IMG/VR virus record: IMGVR_UViG_3300046522_000748
Reading direction: 5' to 3' (one strand)
Source of the DNA: a virus
Taxonomy: Duplodnaviria; Heunggongvirae; Uroviricota; Caudoviricetes
Length of the DNA: 64,000 nucleotides
Shown: positions 39,512 to 48,724 of the stretch, one piece after another
How the letters are laid out: the number at the start of each line of letters is the position of its first letter
How positions within the stretch are numbered: position 1 is the first letter of the stretch
The notes under the pieces: generated by a model
What the model saw: the letters and a program-made list of their open reading frames with translations, nothing else
The model's database searches: none
What the model was told of the DNA's origin: nothing
Translations under genes and position numbers: made by a program

Positions 39512-39804
39512 GCGTTGCTGGCCTCGACTGCTGTGGTTTTTTCCATGTCGATTTCAGTGTACCCGTATTCGCAGACCCAGTTTTTGCAATAGTTTTTATA
39601 CCACCGCAGGGCTCTGAATTTGTTGGGCACCGTCTTTTCGTAGGAGCGTTGATAGTCACTGCGCACTTTCTCGTGCAGCAATGCCACGGAGTAATTTTCA
39701 CGACCGAACCAGAAATCACGACCACTGATGCAGGAGAAGCTTACGTCATAGATCTCAATGCCGTCTTCAACTTCCACAAACAGAATAATGTTATCAGCGC
39801 TCAT
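39508..39804 (-). CDS. hypothetical protein
   Basis: GGAGG RBS; box 39852. Confidence 0.7.
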   Translation of the reverse strand: MSADNIILFVEVEDGIEIYDVSFSCISGRDFWFGRENYSVALLHEKVRSDYQRSYEKTVPNKFRALRWYKNYCKNWVCEYGYTEIDMEKTTAVEASNA

Positions 39805-39851
39805 CGTGTGCCTCCATGTGATGTGGCCATAGTAGCAATCCTTGCTACAAT

Positions 39852-39973
39852 TGTCAATACCAATGACATTTATGTTTCCTTCTATACGTGCTCCGGTTTC
39901 TTATTGTTAACCGAACAAAAAGGCCATTATTTTTGATAATGATATTGACACATGCAATTCTTTGCCATATTAT
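39852..39973. promoter_or_regulatory. divergent pair of box promoters
   Basis: Perfect box 39852-39868 (leftward); variant 39934-39950 (rightward, TTGACA-17-TATTAT). Confidence 0.8.
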
Positions 39974-40003
39974 ATGCCACATACCGAATATGAGAGAGAA
40001 GAG

Positions 40004-40591
40004 ATGAGCCAGACCAAAGAATTCAGCTTCACCCTGTCCCGCGCCCACAAAATTGCTGAGCGCTTGCAGCGCCATGTCACTGTGTTGGGCGGTCAGGTGG
40101 GCGAACTTTCGCGGCCAGTGACTCTGTTCTCGGCTGATCAAAATGCTGAAGTTGATGCTCGCCTGACAAAAATTGTCGGTATTCGTGAAAAAATCGAGTT
40201 GGTGAATTCACTGCGCACCACCGTGCGTATCAAGATTGCCGAGAAAAACGCTCAGATCGGTCAGCATGCGCTGCTGACTGAGCAGAAGGATGTTATTGCG
40301 CACATGGCGCGTGTGAGCCGTCTGCGCATGGACATCATTTCCAGCAACAGTTACGGCAAGCCAGTAGAGCAGCTGGCAACCCAGTTGGATCGACTGGCTC
40401 AGTCGAAATCCACCGATGGCGTCTCGACCAGAGTTATTGCCGACTCGTTCATTGCGGATCTGGATGCGCAGATCACTCAACTGACTGCGAAGCTTGATAA
40501 GCTGAACGATCAGGTGGCCGACAACAACGCGTCGAACAAGATCAGCGTGGAAATTCCGCAGGATCTGGCCGCAGAACTGGGTCTGGTATAA
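40004..40591 (+). CDS. long coiled-coil protein (DIP1984/DUF6847-like architecture)
   Basis: TLSRAHK...I...NA...I..L...LD.L.D.V...NA...I.V; family call tentative. Confidence 0.75.
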   Translation: MSQTKEFSFTLSRAHKIAERLQRHVTVLGGQVGELSRPVTLFSADQNAEVDARLTKIVGIREKIELVNSLRTTVRIKIAEKNAQIGQHALLTEQKDVIAHMARVSRLRMDIISSNSYGKPVEQLATQLDRLAQSKSTDGVSTRVIADSFIADLDAQITQLTAKLDKLNDQVADNNASNKISVEIPQDLAAELGLV

Positions 40592-40596
40592 ATTCT

Positions 40597-40845
40597 CAGT
40601 GGGTTCGCTTGAAAACAGCGATAGGGCGAACCCTGCTGGCGCAAGCCAGTGACTGGACTACGAAACGCTGATAGGGGCAACCAAAATCGGAAGTGGCCTT
40701 GAGCCACTTAAGCAGTCTTAGGCTATTAAAACCCATTGCTCTTACCAGGAGCTGTGACTTGTTAGAACGCCAGACGCATCCTTTCTGTATTTAGTGAAAA
40801 GTGACTTGTCATTTTTGCCCCTGGCCACCCAATGGGTGGCCTTTT
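40597..40845 (+). ncRNA. putative structured RNA directly downstream of the coiled-coil gene
   Basis: Stems 40601-08/40626-33, GCAA hairpin 40635-50, 40691-709, long-range 40673-80/40815-22, possible pseudoknot 40616-20/40666-70, terminator 40823-45. Confidence 0.6.
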
Positions 40846-40974
40846 CGTTTCTGGTGTTTGTGATTTTTTGCACGTCAGGCGTCAAGTGACCTGCATAAGC
40901 AAATCACCTGAAAATTACTCGATGAGGTGGTAGTGATGAGAGAGCTAATTGCTGGGTGATGCGGTGGGGGGGGG

Positions 40975-41394
40975 TTATTGAGCCTTGGTGTTCAGTCTCT
41001 GCCATTCGGCATACGCCTCATCGCCCTGTCTCCAGGCATCCAATTCCTCCTTGCGCTCCATCATGTCGGCGAACGAGTTTTCGTCGAGCAGAAAGTCCAA
41101 ATGATCTGGGAGCATGCGCTCAGGCGTAATCGTTTCGTATCCTCCGCCCTTATAAACCCACGAGTAGTCCTCTTTCGGGTAGCGCTCATCCCAAAGGCGA
41201 TTCATAATTGAAAATATTCTTTTTGATCGCTTGCTTTCTGGTCGAGCTATCAGCATCAATGCGTGTCTGGCTATTCGCATTTGACCAATTTTAGAGTTTG
41301 GATTGATTTTGATAAAGCACATCTCATTTAGTGCTTGTATGAACATCTCAACTTGTTTTTTTTCGTCTTCTTTATGCTGATTAGGATTTTGCAT
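40975..41394 (-). CDS. hypothetical protein
   Basis: 139 aa. Confidence 0.7.
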   Translation of the reverse strand: MQNPNQHKEDEKKQVEMFIQALNEMCFIKINPNSKIGQMRIARHALMLIARPESKRSKRIFSIMNRLWDERYPKEDYSWVYKGGGYETITPERMLPDHLDFLLDENSFADMMERKEELDAWRQGDEAYAEWQRLNTKAQ

Positions 41395-41420
41395 TTTGAT
41401 CTCGATTTGATGCGTGGATA

Positions 41421-41603
41421 TTATGCGCTGTGGTCGATGCTTTTATCTTGGGATTCGGTTGAAGTAACTTGGGGCGCTTCTTGAGCTACTGCTGCTTGAG
41501 ATGAATCCGATTCTCCAATATCGCCAACTGCAAATAGGAGTTGCGCGCCTAAATCCAAAGCACCCATCACTATTCCACCAATGACATCAATCATATTGCT
41601 CAC
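41421..41603 (-). CDS. small hypothetical protein
   Basis: 60 aa, GTG start. Confidence 0.5.
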   Translation of the reverse strand: MSNMIDVIGGIVMGALDLGAQLLFAVGDIGESDSSQAAVAQEAPQVTSTESQDKSIDHSA

Positions 41604-41702
41604 CTCTAATTATTGTGATTGCAATATCGTATCATTGTTTGAAGGGTGATGTAATTAAGTCGGATGTTATCTGTACTGTAGTCAATAATTCCTGCTAACG
41701 AA

Positions 41703-42353
41703 TTAACCGACTTTGACCGACTGCGCTTTCCGATTGATAAGCACAAACACCATGCAGTTATCGATGGAGAAACTGGTGCTGCCTTCTGTCTCACCAATGA
41801 TGTCGAGTTTACGAGCATTGGCGGGTGTTGGCAGGATGGGATAGGCACCGTGGAATTCTTGATCCTCCAAGAGAAACACGTCTCCAGGCTTAGCTTCGGT
41901 CAGCACCTCGCCGTTGCTCAAAAGCTTGCAGCCTTTAGGGGCATGCAACAGGATCACAATCGACTGTTCGCAGTGTACCGAGGAATTTCGATCATGATGG
42001 TAGCCGACATAATCGCTGATCAAGTAGCTGGCATAGAGCTTCACCAACCCGGAGGGATTGGGCATCATGCTCTTCAGTTGCTCAATCAGCTCCCTGTCTT
42101 TAACCAACTCCGAACAGTCAGTCCATTTGGCCAACATGTCGCGTACGTTATCGCCGTCAGGATGAAATCGGACATCCTCAGTGGCGCCTGACCAGCCATC
42201 AGTAAATCGGGCACTGGCCGACCCTGTGGCGAAATAATTGGTCAGCAGCTTGCTGACCAATTGATCGTCGAGGCTTCCAAGATGAGCAATGCCCTGAGCC
42301 TCGTTCATTGGAACGCCCAGGGCATCTTGAAGGCGGAGCATTTGATACTGCAT
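41703..42353 (-). CDS. putative Fe(II)/2-oxoglutarate-type dioxygenase (DSBH), paralog 1
   Basis: DYVGYHHD...ILL.AP.G...GDVFLLED..FHGAYP. Confidence 0.7.
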   Translation of the reverse strand: MQYQMLRLQDALGVPMNEAQGIAHLGSLDDQLVSKLLTNYFATGSASARFTDGWSGATEDVRFHPDGDNVRDMLAKWTDCSELVKDRELIEQLKSMMPNPSGLVKLYASYLISDYVGYHHDRNSSVHCEQSIVILLHAPKGCKLLSNGEVLTEAKPGDVFLLEDQEFHGAYPILPTPANARKLDIIGETEGSTSFSIDNCMVFVLINRKAQSVKVG

Positions 42354-42354
42354 C

Positions 42355-43008
42355 TCAAGCCTCGTGATAATCGCGACTGATCACAATACAGGACGCGCAA
42401 TTATCACCCACGAAACGATGAAAATCTTCGTCCACGGAATTGCGCAACTTCATGACATCAATGGTTTCGGTCACTTGCATTGGATAGGCTCCGTGTACCT
42501 TGCTGTCATCCAGCAGGTAGGCGCCGCCGACGCTGAGTTGCGTCAGGTGCTGCTCAGTACCGTTGGTCATCATCGTCAGGCCTTTGGGCGCCTCCAGCAG
42601 GATCACAACTGAGCCAGCGAACTTCTCAAAACCCGTATCAGTATGGGCACCGATGTAATCGAGCATCAGAAAGTCATAGGTCAGATGATCAAGCTCTTCA
42701 GCTCGCGGTATGATCGCTTTGAGGCTTTCCTGAATGTCGGGGTCATTCATGTGAGCATCGCCTGGAGCCCACCGATACAGCATGAATCGGCCTAGATTGC
42801 GGCCATTGGGGTGCAGGCCAATATCCAGTTCAGAGGGCTCTGAACCCTGTGAAAAACGCAGCATGGGCATCACTTGCGCCTTGCACAAGGCCAGCAATTT
42901 CTCACGAGCCGCTGGCTCAATGTCGCCCAGTCTGGTGGTGCCTGTTCTGTCGTTGAGTTTAGCCCCGATGATGTCGGGCAGCCCGTTCACAGCGTTGTGA
43001 TCAAACAT
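42355..43008 (-). CDS. putative Fe(II)/2OG-type dioxygenase, paralog 2
   Basis: DYIGAHTD...ILL.APKG...GGAYLLDD...HGAYP; start moved to MFDHN. Confidence 0.7.
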   Translation of the reverse strand: MFDHNAVNGLPDIIGAKLNDRTGTTRLGDIEPAAREKLLALCKAQVMPMLRFSQGSEPSELDIGLHPNGRNLGRFMLYRWAPGDAHMNDPDIQESLKAIIPRAEELDHLTYDFLMLDYIGAHTDTGFEKFAGSVVILLEAPKGLTMMTNGTEQHLTQLSVGGAYLLDDSKVHGAYPMQVTETIDVMKLRNSVDEDFHRFVGDNCASCIVISRDYHEA

Positions 43009-43010
43009 AC

Positions 43011-43460
43011 TCAAGCGGCCTGAATGGTGATGATGTGTGGAGTAAGATCCTGCGCCAAATCTGCTTTGAACAAAATGCTCGACGCTGGCAACATCGCAAG
43101 GCACAGCGCACTGTTAACCACTTGCAGAGACGTTGCAAAATCTTCATCGTTTTCCGGGTAAGGGAGTTTGCCGTCAATAAAGGCGCTATTCCACTCGGCG
43201 TCAGAGCTGTAGCCCCTCTTGCGCTTTGTGAAAGACAGTGGCTCACAGAAAGAAGCATCGTCAGGCCTCAGCAGGTAGCCGTGAACCTCAACCAACAGAA
43301 CAACGGGATCGCTGCCATCTTCTTCAGACGCGCACTCCGCGTAATAGTCGGCGGACTCATTGCAGTCAGTCAAAAACAGGCGCTTGTTAAAAGCCCTGTC
43401 GTGCATGATGCCTTCCAGGCATTTGATGCTGGTGCCATGCATGAGCCGCAGAATGGTCAT
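43011..43460 (-). CDS. small ADP-ribosyltransferase-fold protein
   Basis: LMHGTS....I.......LFLT.....A.YYA......G..PVVL.VEV. Confidence 0.55.
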   Translation of the reverse strand: MTILRLMHGTSIKCLEGIMHDRAFNKRLFLTDCNESADYYAECASEEDGSDPVVLLVEVHGYLLRPDDASFCEPLSFTKRKRGYSSDAEWNSAFIDGKLPYPENDEDFATSLQVVNSALCLAMLPASSILFKADLAQDLTPHIITIQAA

Positions 43461-43513
43461 GAAGAAAAATCCTTATGAAGACTGAGGCTCATGATAACAA
43501 AATACACTGCAAA

Positions 43514-43530
43514 TGTCAATTACAATGACA
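43514..43530 (-). promoter_or_regulatory. TGTCA-N7-TGACA box / promoter of ART-oxygenase operon
   Basis: perfect box; TTGACA-17-TATCAT. Confidence 0.85.
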
Positions 43531-43866
43531 TTATTTGGAATCTTCGGCTTTCTCCTGGGCTTGCAGCCAAACCTGCCATTCGTCATGAGAAAAACCAAGG
43601 GCAGCCACTCGACCTGAGCAGTTTGCCGCGCCCATACACCCGCACATTCCGCCACCGCACCAGCGGGTGCGCCAGTACTCCGGCATTTGTTGCATGACGA
43701 AATCCAGTTGCTCTTGTCGGCTACCGGCAATTTCCAAGTAGCGCATAGGGAGTTTGACTCCCATTGTGACATGGTGCTCTTGAATCATCGCCTCCAGGGC
43801 TTCTCGGCTCTCCATCAAAAACAGCTTCTGATCGCCTTCGGCGCTGGTGGCTTGAAAAATTGGCAT
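43531..43866 (-). CDS. Cys-cluster protein, paralog family C
   Basis: MPIFQ...RWCGGGMCGCMGAAN...LGF...EW..W. Confidence 0.75.
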   Translation of the reverse strand: MPIFQATSAEGDQKLFLMESREALEAMIQEHHVTMGVKLPMRYLEIAGSRQEQLDFVMQQMPEYWRTRWCGGGMCGCMGAANCSGRVAALGFSHDEWQVWLQAQEKAEDSK

Positions 43867-43972
43867 TGCGTCTTCCTTATGACTGGTGGTTCGTTGGGTA
43901 ATAATTAATCTGATATAGCTGTTGAGCCGAAATTACTCTTAGGCTTACAGGAGTAAGCCCAAGGGGTTGAAG

Positions 43973-45388
43973 TCAGCACATGGACAGCGATTCTTCCACC
44001 CGAGGTCGCTTGGCAGCTTCCATCTCGTTGAGAAGATCTTGAGCTTTCACACTTCGTGAGGTGGCATATTGAATATCAAACACTCGACCTTGCAATGAGG
44101 CGCCGAGCAATTGATGGAAGCAGGCAGCATCACCTGTTTTCAGATTTTCAGCGAACGCAACAGGCTTGGCGCGTCGGCCTTCCACCATCTCAATCACCGC
44201 GTTTTCATCGCTGATCATTTTGAACAGCGATTCACTGTTGAGAATAACATTGGACAATGTGCGCGTCATGGCGCCCTCTGCGTGCTTCACCACGACGGTA
44301 TAGCTTCTTTCTGTGCCAATGGTCACACGTATGGCTTTGCTGTCGCGTAGCGTCTCTTCAGATGGGCTGCCGGGGCCTGTGTGCAGACGTTTACCGCTGT
44401 TGTTGTCACGGTAGGTGTCTACCAGATCGTAGGAAATCAACAACTGGTAATCGTCGCCTGGAGTCTGAAATTTCAGGAATTTTCCTGGACTCAAGTCATT
44501 GATGCCTGCGCGTAGCTCAGCATGGTCGGCGGGCTCGAAAATCTCGGAGTTCCTGAAATTGTGCAGCAGGCCTTTTTCGTCTTTGAAGGCGTGTTCCTCA
44601 ATAAAGCCCTTGAGCTTCCACGGATTGTCTCTCAGCTCGAAAAGACCATTAATGCTGGATTCGCCAGCCGCCACACAACGTCCGTGCTGATCCATCAGGT
44701 GTACATCGCAGTGCTGGACGCGGAAATTATCGGTCACTACGGACTTGAGTTGCACTTCGGCATACATGCCGCGATACCCCATTGTTTCGCCTTGTGGAAT
44801 GTTCACGAAACTGGCGCATTCATAACCGAGCCACGGCAGCGGTGCTTGAGCCCTGAGTTTTTTCTGAATGTCGCCCTTGAGGACATATTCCTCGGCATGG
44901 GCAAACGACTCGCACGGATAAGCGATGCCATAATCCTCCTCTTCCGCATCCCATACCACGACGTTAAACACGTCATCGCCAGTACCAGGGTTTTGCTCAT
45001 TCATCTGAGCGTTGCCGACATAGGACTGGATGCCAATCTCAGGATCTTTGCTAAGAAGCATCAGGGTGCCGACTTTGGCTGCCCGCTCGTTCCAGTCAAA
45101 CTGAGGGTCTGCGAACTTGACTGGGTGACTCCATCGGCCCCCGAGGGTGCGGTCAGGTATCAGGAACGAATGGCCATCGGGTGCCATCGGTGCCTCTTCG
45201 ATATTACGAACACGCGATGACATGCGTGCCACAACATCGGGATTGGCGCCAGGGGCGGCTTCAGCGCCCTCCAGCAACCGCTTCATGTCAACAGAAAGGC
45301 CGAAGTGCTGACCGGTCTGCAATGATTTGACGTATTGATCGTCCTGTTCCCAGCGATCACCGAGACCCGTAATGTAAGTCTTGCCCAT
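43973..45388 (-). CDS. multi-domain hypothetical protein with C-terminal tail
   Basis: Start MGKTYI after GAGGA; ends KRPRVEESLSMC. Confidence 0.8.
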   Translation of the reverse strand: MGKTYITGLGDRWEQDDQYVKSLQTGQHFGLSVDMKRLLEGAEAAPGANPDVVARMSSRVRNIEEAPMAPDGHSFLIPDRTLGGRWSHPVKFADPQFDWNERAAKVGTLMLLSKDPEIGIQSYVGNAQMNEQNPGTGDDVFNVVVWDAEEEDYGIAYPCESFAHAEEYVLKGDIQKKLRAQAPLPWLGYECASFVNIPQGETMGYRGMYAEVQLKSVVTDNFRVQHCDVHLMDQHGRCVAAGESSINGLFELRDNPWKLKGFIEEHAFKDEKGLLHNFRNSEIFEPADHAELRAGINDLSPGKFLKFQTPGDDYQLLISYDLVDTYRDNNSGKRLHTGPGSPSEETLRDSKAIRVTIGTERSYTVVVKHAEGAMTRTLSNVILNSESLFKMISDENAVIEMVEGRRAKPVAFAENLKTGDAACFHQLLGASLQGRVFDIQYATSRSVKAQDLLNEMEAAKRPRVEESLSMC

Positions 45389-45461
45389 AGCTAATCCTCT
45401 TTTCATCCATTATAGCAAATTAATAGCCAGCAAATAATAAGGCTATAAGCATGAGCAAATG

Positions 45462-45824
45462 CTATTGATCTTCAGGGTGATCGGTGACCCAGTTTTGCCA
45501 TTGTTTCTTCGTGTAGCCGAGAGCGGTTAGGCCCGCTGTGCTGCGCGCTTTGTCATCCAGGAGACGGCCAGCCTTGTTGGCGGAGCCGGAACAACTGCAC
45601 CGTTTGGACACGCACCAGTGGTTGCGATGCTCTTCTTGCATGTGTTCCATCACCCACTCAAAAATCTGAGCACGGGTGCCTATGAATTCAGCGAAAAAGA
45701 CAATGGGGAATTTTGCGCGAACCTCACCATCAGTTTGTGCAAGGCGCTTATCTAGTACGTCCCTGCTTGCTGCACGATGCAGGAATTTCGTTTTGTTACC
45801 ATAGGAGACTTGAAAAACCGGCAT
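45462..45824 (-). CDS. Cys-cluster protein, paralog family C
   Basis: MPVFQ...HWCVSKRCSCSGSAN...LGY...W..W. Confidence 0.75.
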   Translation of the reverse strand: MPVFQVSYGNKTKFLHRAASRDVLDKRLAQTDGEVRAKFPIVFFAEFIGTRAQIFEWVMEHMQEEHRNHWCVSKRCSCSGSANKAGRLLDDKARSTAGLTALGYTKKQWQNWVTDHPEDQ

Positions 45825-45847
45825 GAGGATTCCTAATGAGAAATGAG

Positions 45848-46174
45848 TTACTGCTGCGCTTGGTTTGCAGAGACCCAGACTTCCCACTCACTTTTTTCAA
45901 AGCCCAGGCGAGCCAGAGCACCAGGGCCATTGGCGCAGCCCATACAGCCGCAGCGCGCAGACTCGCACCAGCGCCCTCTGTAGTTCTCTTGCATGTTCTG
46001 CATGATCCAATCCAGTTGCTCTGCACGAGTACCGCAGACCTCATGAACGACCAAAGGCAGCTTAATCCGTTCATTCCACGCATTATCGGTCAAATACGCC
46101 TCTAGCTCGGCTTGAGAGTCACTCAGAAACAGTCGTTTGACACCGCCAAAGGGTTTTACTTGGAAGATAGGCAT
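45848..46174 (-). CDS. Cys-cluster protein, paralog family C
   Basis: MPIFQ...RWCESARCGCMGCAN...LGF...EW..W. Confidence 0.75.
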   Translation of the reverse strand: MPIFQVKPFGGVKRLFLSDSQAELEAYLTDNAWNERIKLPLVVHEVCGTRAEQLDWIMQNMQENYRGRWCESARCGCMGCANGPGALARLGFEKSEWEVWVSANQAQQ

Positions 46175-46187
46175 GAGGCGCTCGGGA

Positions 46188-46385
46188 TCAGTAGGATTGA
46201 AATTTAAATACAAACAGGCCGTAGTGAAAAATCACCAACAGGAGCCCGCTGATACCTGCTTGTTTCAAGCTTTTCGATTTCGATAGCAGGCTGTGCAGGA
46301 ATACCGCTATGAGCGACAACCAGATCACGGCCAAAATGATGCTTGGCCAGTGATCAAGAAGGTTCGGAATCAACGCATTCGACAT
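46188..46385 (-). CDS. small two-TM protein
   Basis: Two hydrophobic helices. Confidence 0.6.
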   Translation of the reverse strand: MSNALIPNLLDHWPSIILAVIWLSLIAVFLHSLLSKSKSLKQAGISGLLLVIFHYGLFVFKFQSY

Positions 46386-46483
46386 CAAGGGTTTCCATTT
46401 TGACCGAATTAGGATAGCTATTTATTTGGCTATTATAGCAATACCTTACGTTTTTGGCAATCTTAGTGCAACCGAGCCACGCG

Positions 46484-47359
46484 TCACAGATCACTCAAAA
46501 ACAGATCGACTGGGATTCTTTTTTTGTGATTTTTGGCGATGTCATCCAGCAGGTCATCGATTTTTTCGGCATAATTTTCGAATGTTTCGCTGTTCGGAAA
46601 CTGGTGCCGCCGCAAGTCTACAACTTTGCAGCCATTAATCTGAACAGAAAAAACAGGGTCGCCATTTTTCTGACCAAAAAACGTGAACCTTATGCTGTTG
46701 ATCACCAGTGTTTTAAACATGCCTGTGTAGATGTAGGTCTCTACTGGATATTGTGAGACTTCCATCATGAAGTCTCTAAGCTGAGCCCATTCTTCAACAG
46801 AAAACTTGTGATATGGCAGCGTCAATGACTCAATCTGAAAAAATAGATCACTCATTGGCTCGCAATCGGCATTCAGGCGCTCAAGGCTTGCAAGTGCAGC
46901 CAGGGACTCCAATTCTGCCGCTAGACCAAATGGATTTCCGGCCATGAAGTTGTTAACGATGAGTGATGAGAACTCCAGTCGAACTATATCTTTTGAGCAG
47001 CACAATAGGGTTTTGAGTACGGGTAGCCACTGCCCCGAGGTCAACTCAGGGTCTTTTTCATGCAACTTCTCTACCAAATAGTTATGCAGAAGCAAAACAT
47101 GTCCTTGCTCTAGAACTTCGTACTCATCGGCAAGACTCCACTCATATTCATTTCTTTCCGCATCGAGGTTTCGGCAAATAAACTCAATGATGGCATCGTC
47201 TTTGGTATTAGGTTGTTGATTGCCATGCCGATGATTGTGATCAAGCATCAGGATGCATTCGAAATAAACCTCATCGAGTTTTTTGCTGTTAAAGTCCTTC
47301 AGATAACCATATTTATAGTGATCGATGAGGATGCGGATTGGATCTGAAAAGTCACTCAT
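46484..47359 (-). CDS. hypothetical protein (AT-rich)
   Basis: Start MSDFSD after AAGG. Confidence 0.75.
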   Translation of the reverse strand: MSDFSDPIRILIDHYKYGYLKDFNSKKLDEVYFECILMLDHNHRHGNQQPNTKDDAIIEFICRNLDAERNEYEWSLADEYEVLEQGHVLLLHNYLVEKLHEKDPELTSGQWLPVLKTLLCCSKDIVRLEFSSLIVNNFMAGNPFGLAAELESLAALASLERLNADCEPMSDLFFQIESLTLPYHKFSVEEWAQLRDFMMEVSQYPVETYIYTGMFKTLVINSIRFTFFGQKNGDPVFSVQINGCKVVDLRRHQFPNSETFENYAEKIDDLLDDIAKNHKKRIPVDLFLSDL

Positions 47360-47447
47360 GAAAATTACCTTTTTTATTTTTCTAGAAGTATACAAAAAAA
47401 GCGCCATCGGCGCTTTTCTAATAAAACTATTTTAGACTATTCGACTA

Positions 47448-47912
47448 TTAAGCGCCGGTCTTAATGGTTTCAGAGCGCTGGTCTTTCGCCAGCCATTCCG
47501 CCAGTGCCTTTTTGATGTTCTGTACAAGCACGCTGTCAGTTTTGGTGCGTTCATCGGCCAGGGTATTGATCACGTAGCCTGGGATGGGAAACTTTTTGTT
47601 ACCCTCTTGAACCAGATAAACTTTTTGCAGCGATGGGCCACCATAAGTCTGGGAGTACCACAAAACATGATCGAGAACGGCATCCGCTGTGATCGTTGAT
47701 TCCATCGGAACGCTGATGTTTACGGAGGCAACGCCAAGTTCTGTTTGGCCACCAACTACTTTGGCGCTGACTGAAGCAACACTAACGGTCGTTGAAAGCC
47801 CGCTATTGGCTTTATCGGGTGCCTCTTTGATGTCCAGTGGCTTGATTTCAGCACCAATGGCGATGGCTGACAGACTCATGCACAGCGCGACAGCCATAAC
47901 TCGTTTAAACAT
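47448..47912 (-). CDS. exported protein
   Basis: Signal peptide MFKRVMAVALCMSLSAIAIGA. Confidence 0.75.
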   Translation of the reverse strand: MFKRVMAVALCMSLSAIAIGAEIKPLDIKEAPDKANSGLSTTVSVASVSAKVVGGQTELGVASVNISVPMESTITADAVLDHVLWYSQTYGGPSLQKVYLVQEGNKKFPIPGYVINTLADERTKTDSVLVQNIKKALAEWLAKDQRSETIKTGA

Positions 47913-47942
47913 GTTTCATCTTCCTTTTTTCAATTATTAATT

Positions 47943-48647
47943 TCAGTAGTAATAGGTGTACAGTGCAAAACTCATAGCGGTTTCATTGGCATACTGCTCG
48001 ACGCGTTCAACGTCACCAGTAAGGCCATTGATCTCTGACTCTGGCATTGCTCGTGTTGGAAACACCGCATGTTCAGACAAGTCATCCATCAAATACACAC
48101 CGCCGACTTCTGCTTGAGTGATGTGGGTGCCGTTGGTAACAATCTGGCAGCCATAAGGCGCATTCAGGAGAATCGCCAGAACGCCGCGATTTTTTTCTTC
48201 CGCGAGTTTGACGTCATCGTGAAAGCCGACAAAATCACAGATCAGGTAGGTAAGGTCGAGCGATTCGATAGCGTCGCGATTTGGCACCAGATCTTTCAAA
48301 AAGTCTTTGTCAACAAGAGTGCCCATCGAGTCCCATTGCGAGATGCATTGGGTAACCGCATTACCGTTCGGGTGCATCACCTTATCTCTGGCTTCCGCTG
48401 GCCAACCGGCATCGCCGGAGCCTTTTGCAAACCAGCACAACGGAGGCACCATTCTGTTCATGCAGCCATAAAAAAGTCTCAGGCGAATAAGCTCATCGAC
48501 CGAGCCAACATGGCTAATATGGGTATTTGGATCAACCTTCAGATCCAGGAGTGTTCCCAGAAAAAACTCATCGTCATTGGGAAACGGAAGCGCAGCTTCG
48601 TCATAGCTCGGTACGACTTCCTCAACAGCGAATGCAGGCGTGGCCAT
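47943..48647 (-). CDS. putative Fe(II)/2OG-type dioxygenase, paralog 3
   Basis: DFVGFHDD...ILL.APYG...GGVYLMDD...HAVFP. Confidence 0.7.
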   Translation of the reverse strand: MATPAFAVEEVVPSYDEAALPFPNDDEFFLGTLLDLKVDPNTHISHVGSVDELIRLRLFYGCMNRMVPPLCWFAKGSGDAGWPAEARDKVMHPNGNAVTQCISQWDSMGTLVDKDFLKDLVPNRDAIESLDLTYLICDFVGFHDDVKLAEEKNRGVLAILLNAPYGCQIVTNGTHITQAEVGGVYLMDDLSEHAVFPTRAMPESEINGLTGDVERVEQYANETAMSFALYTYYY

Positions 48648-48724
48648 ATATCTCGATCCGGCTTGTCTTTAATTTGGTTATTATATACATAGCATGATTT
48701 TCTGTCAAATTAAGGCAGCTAAAA

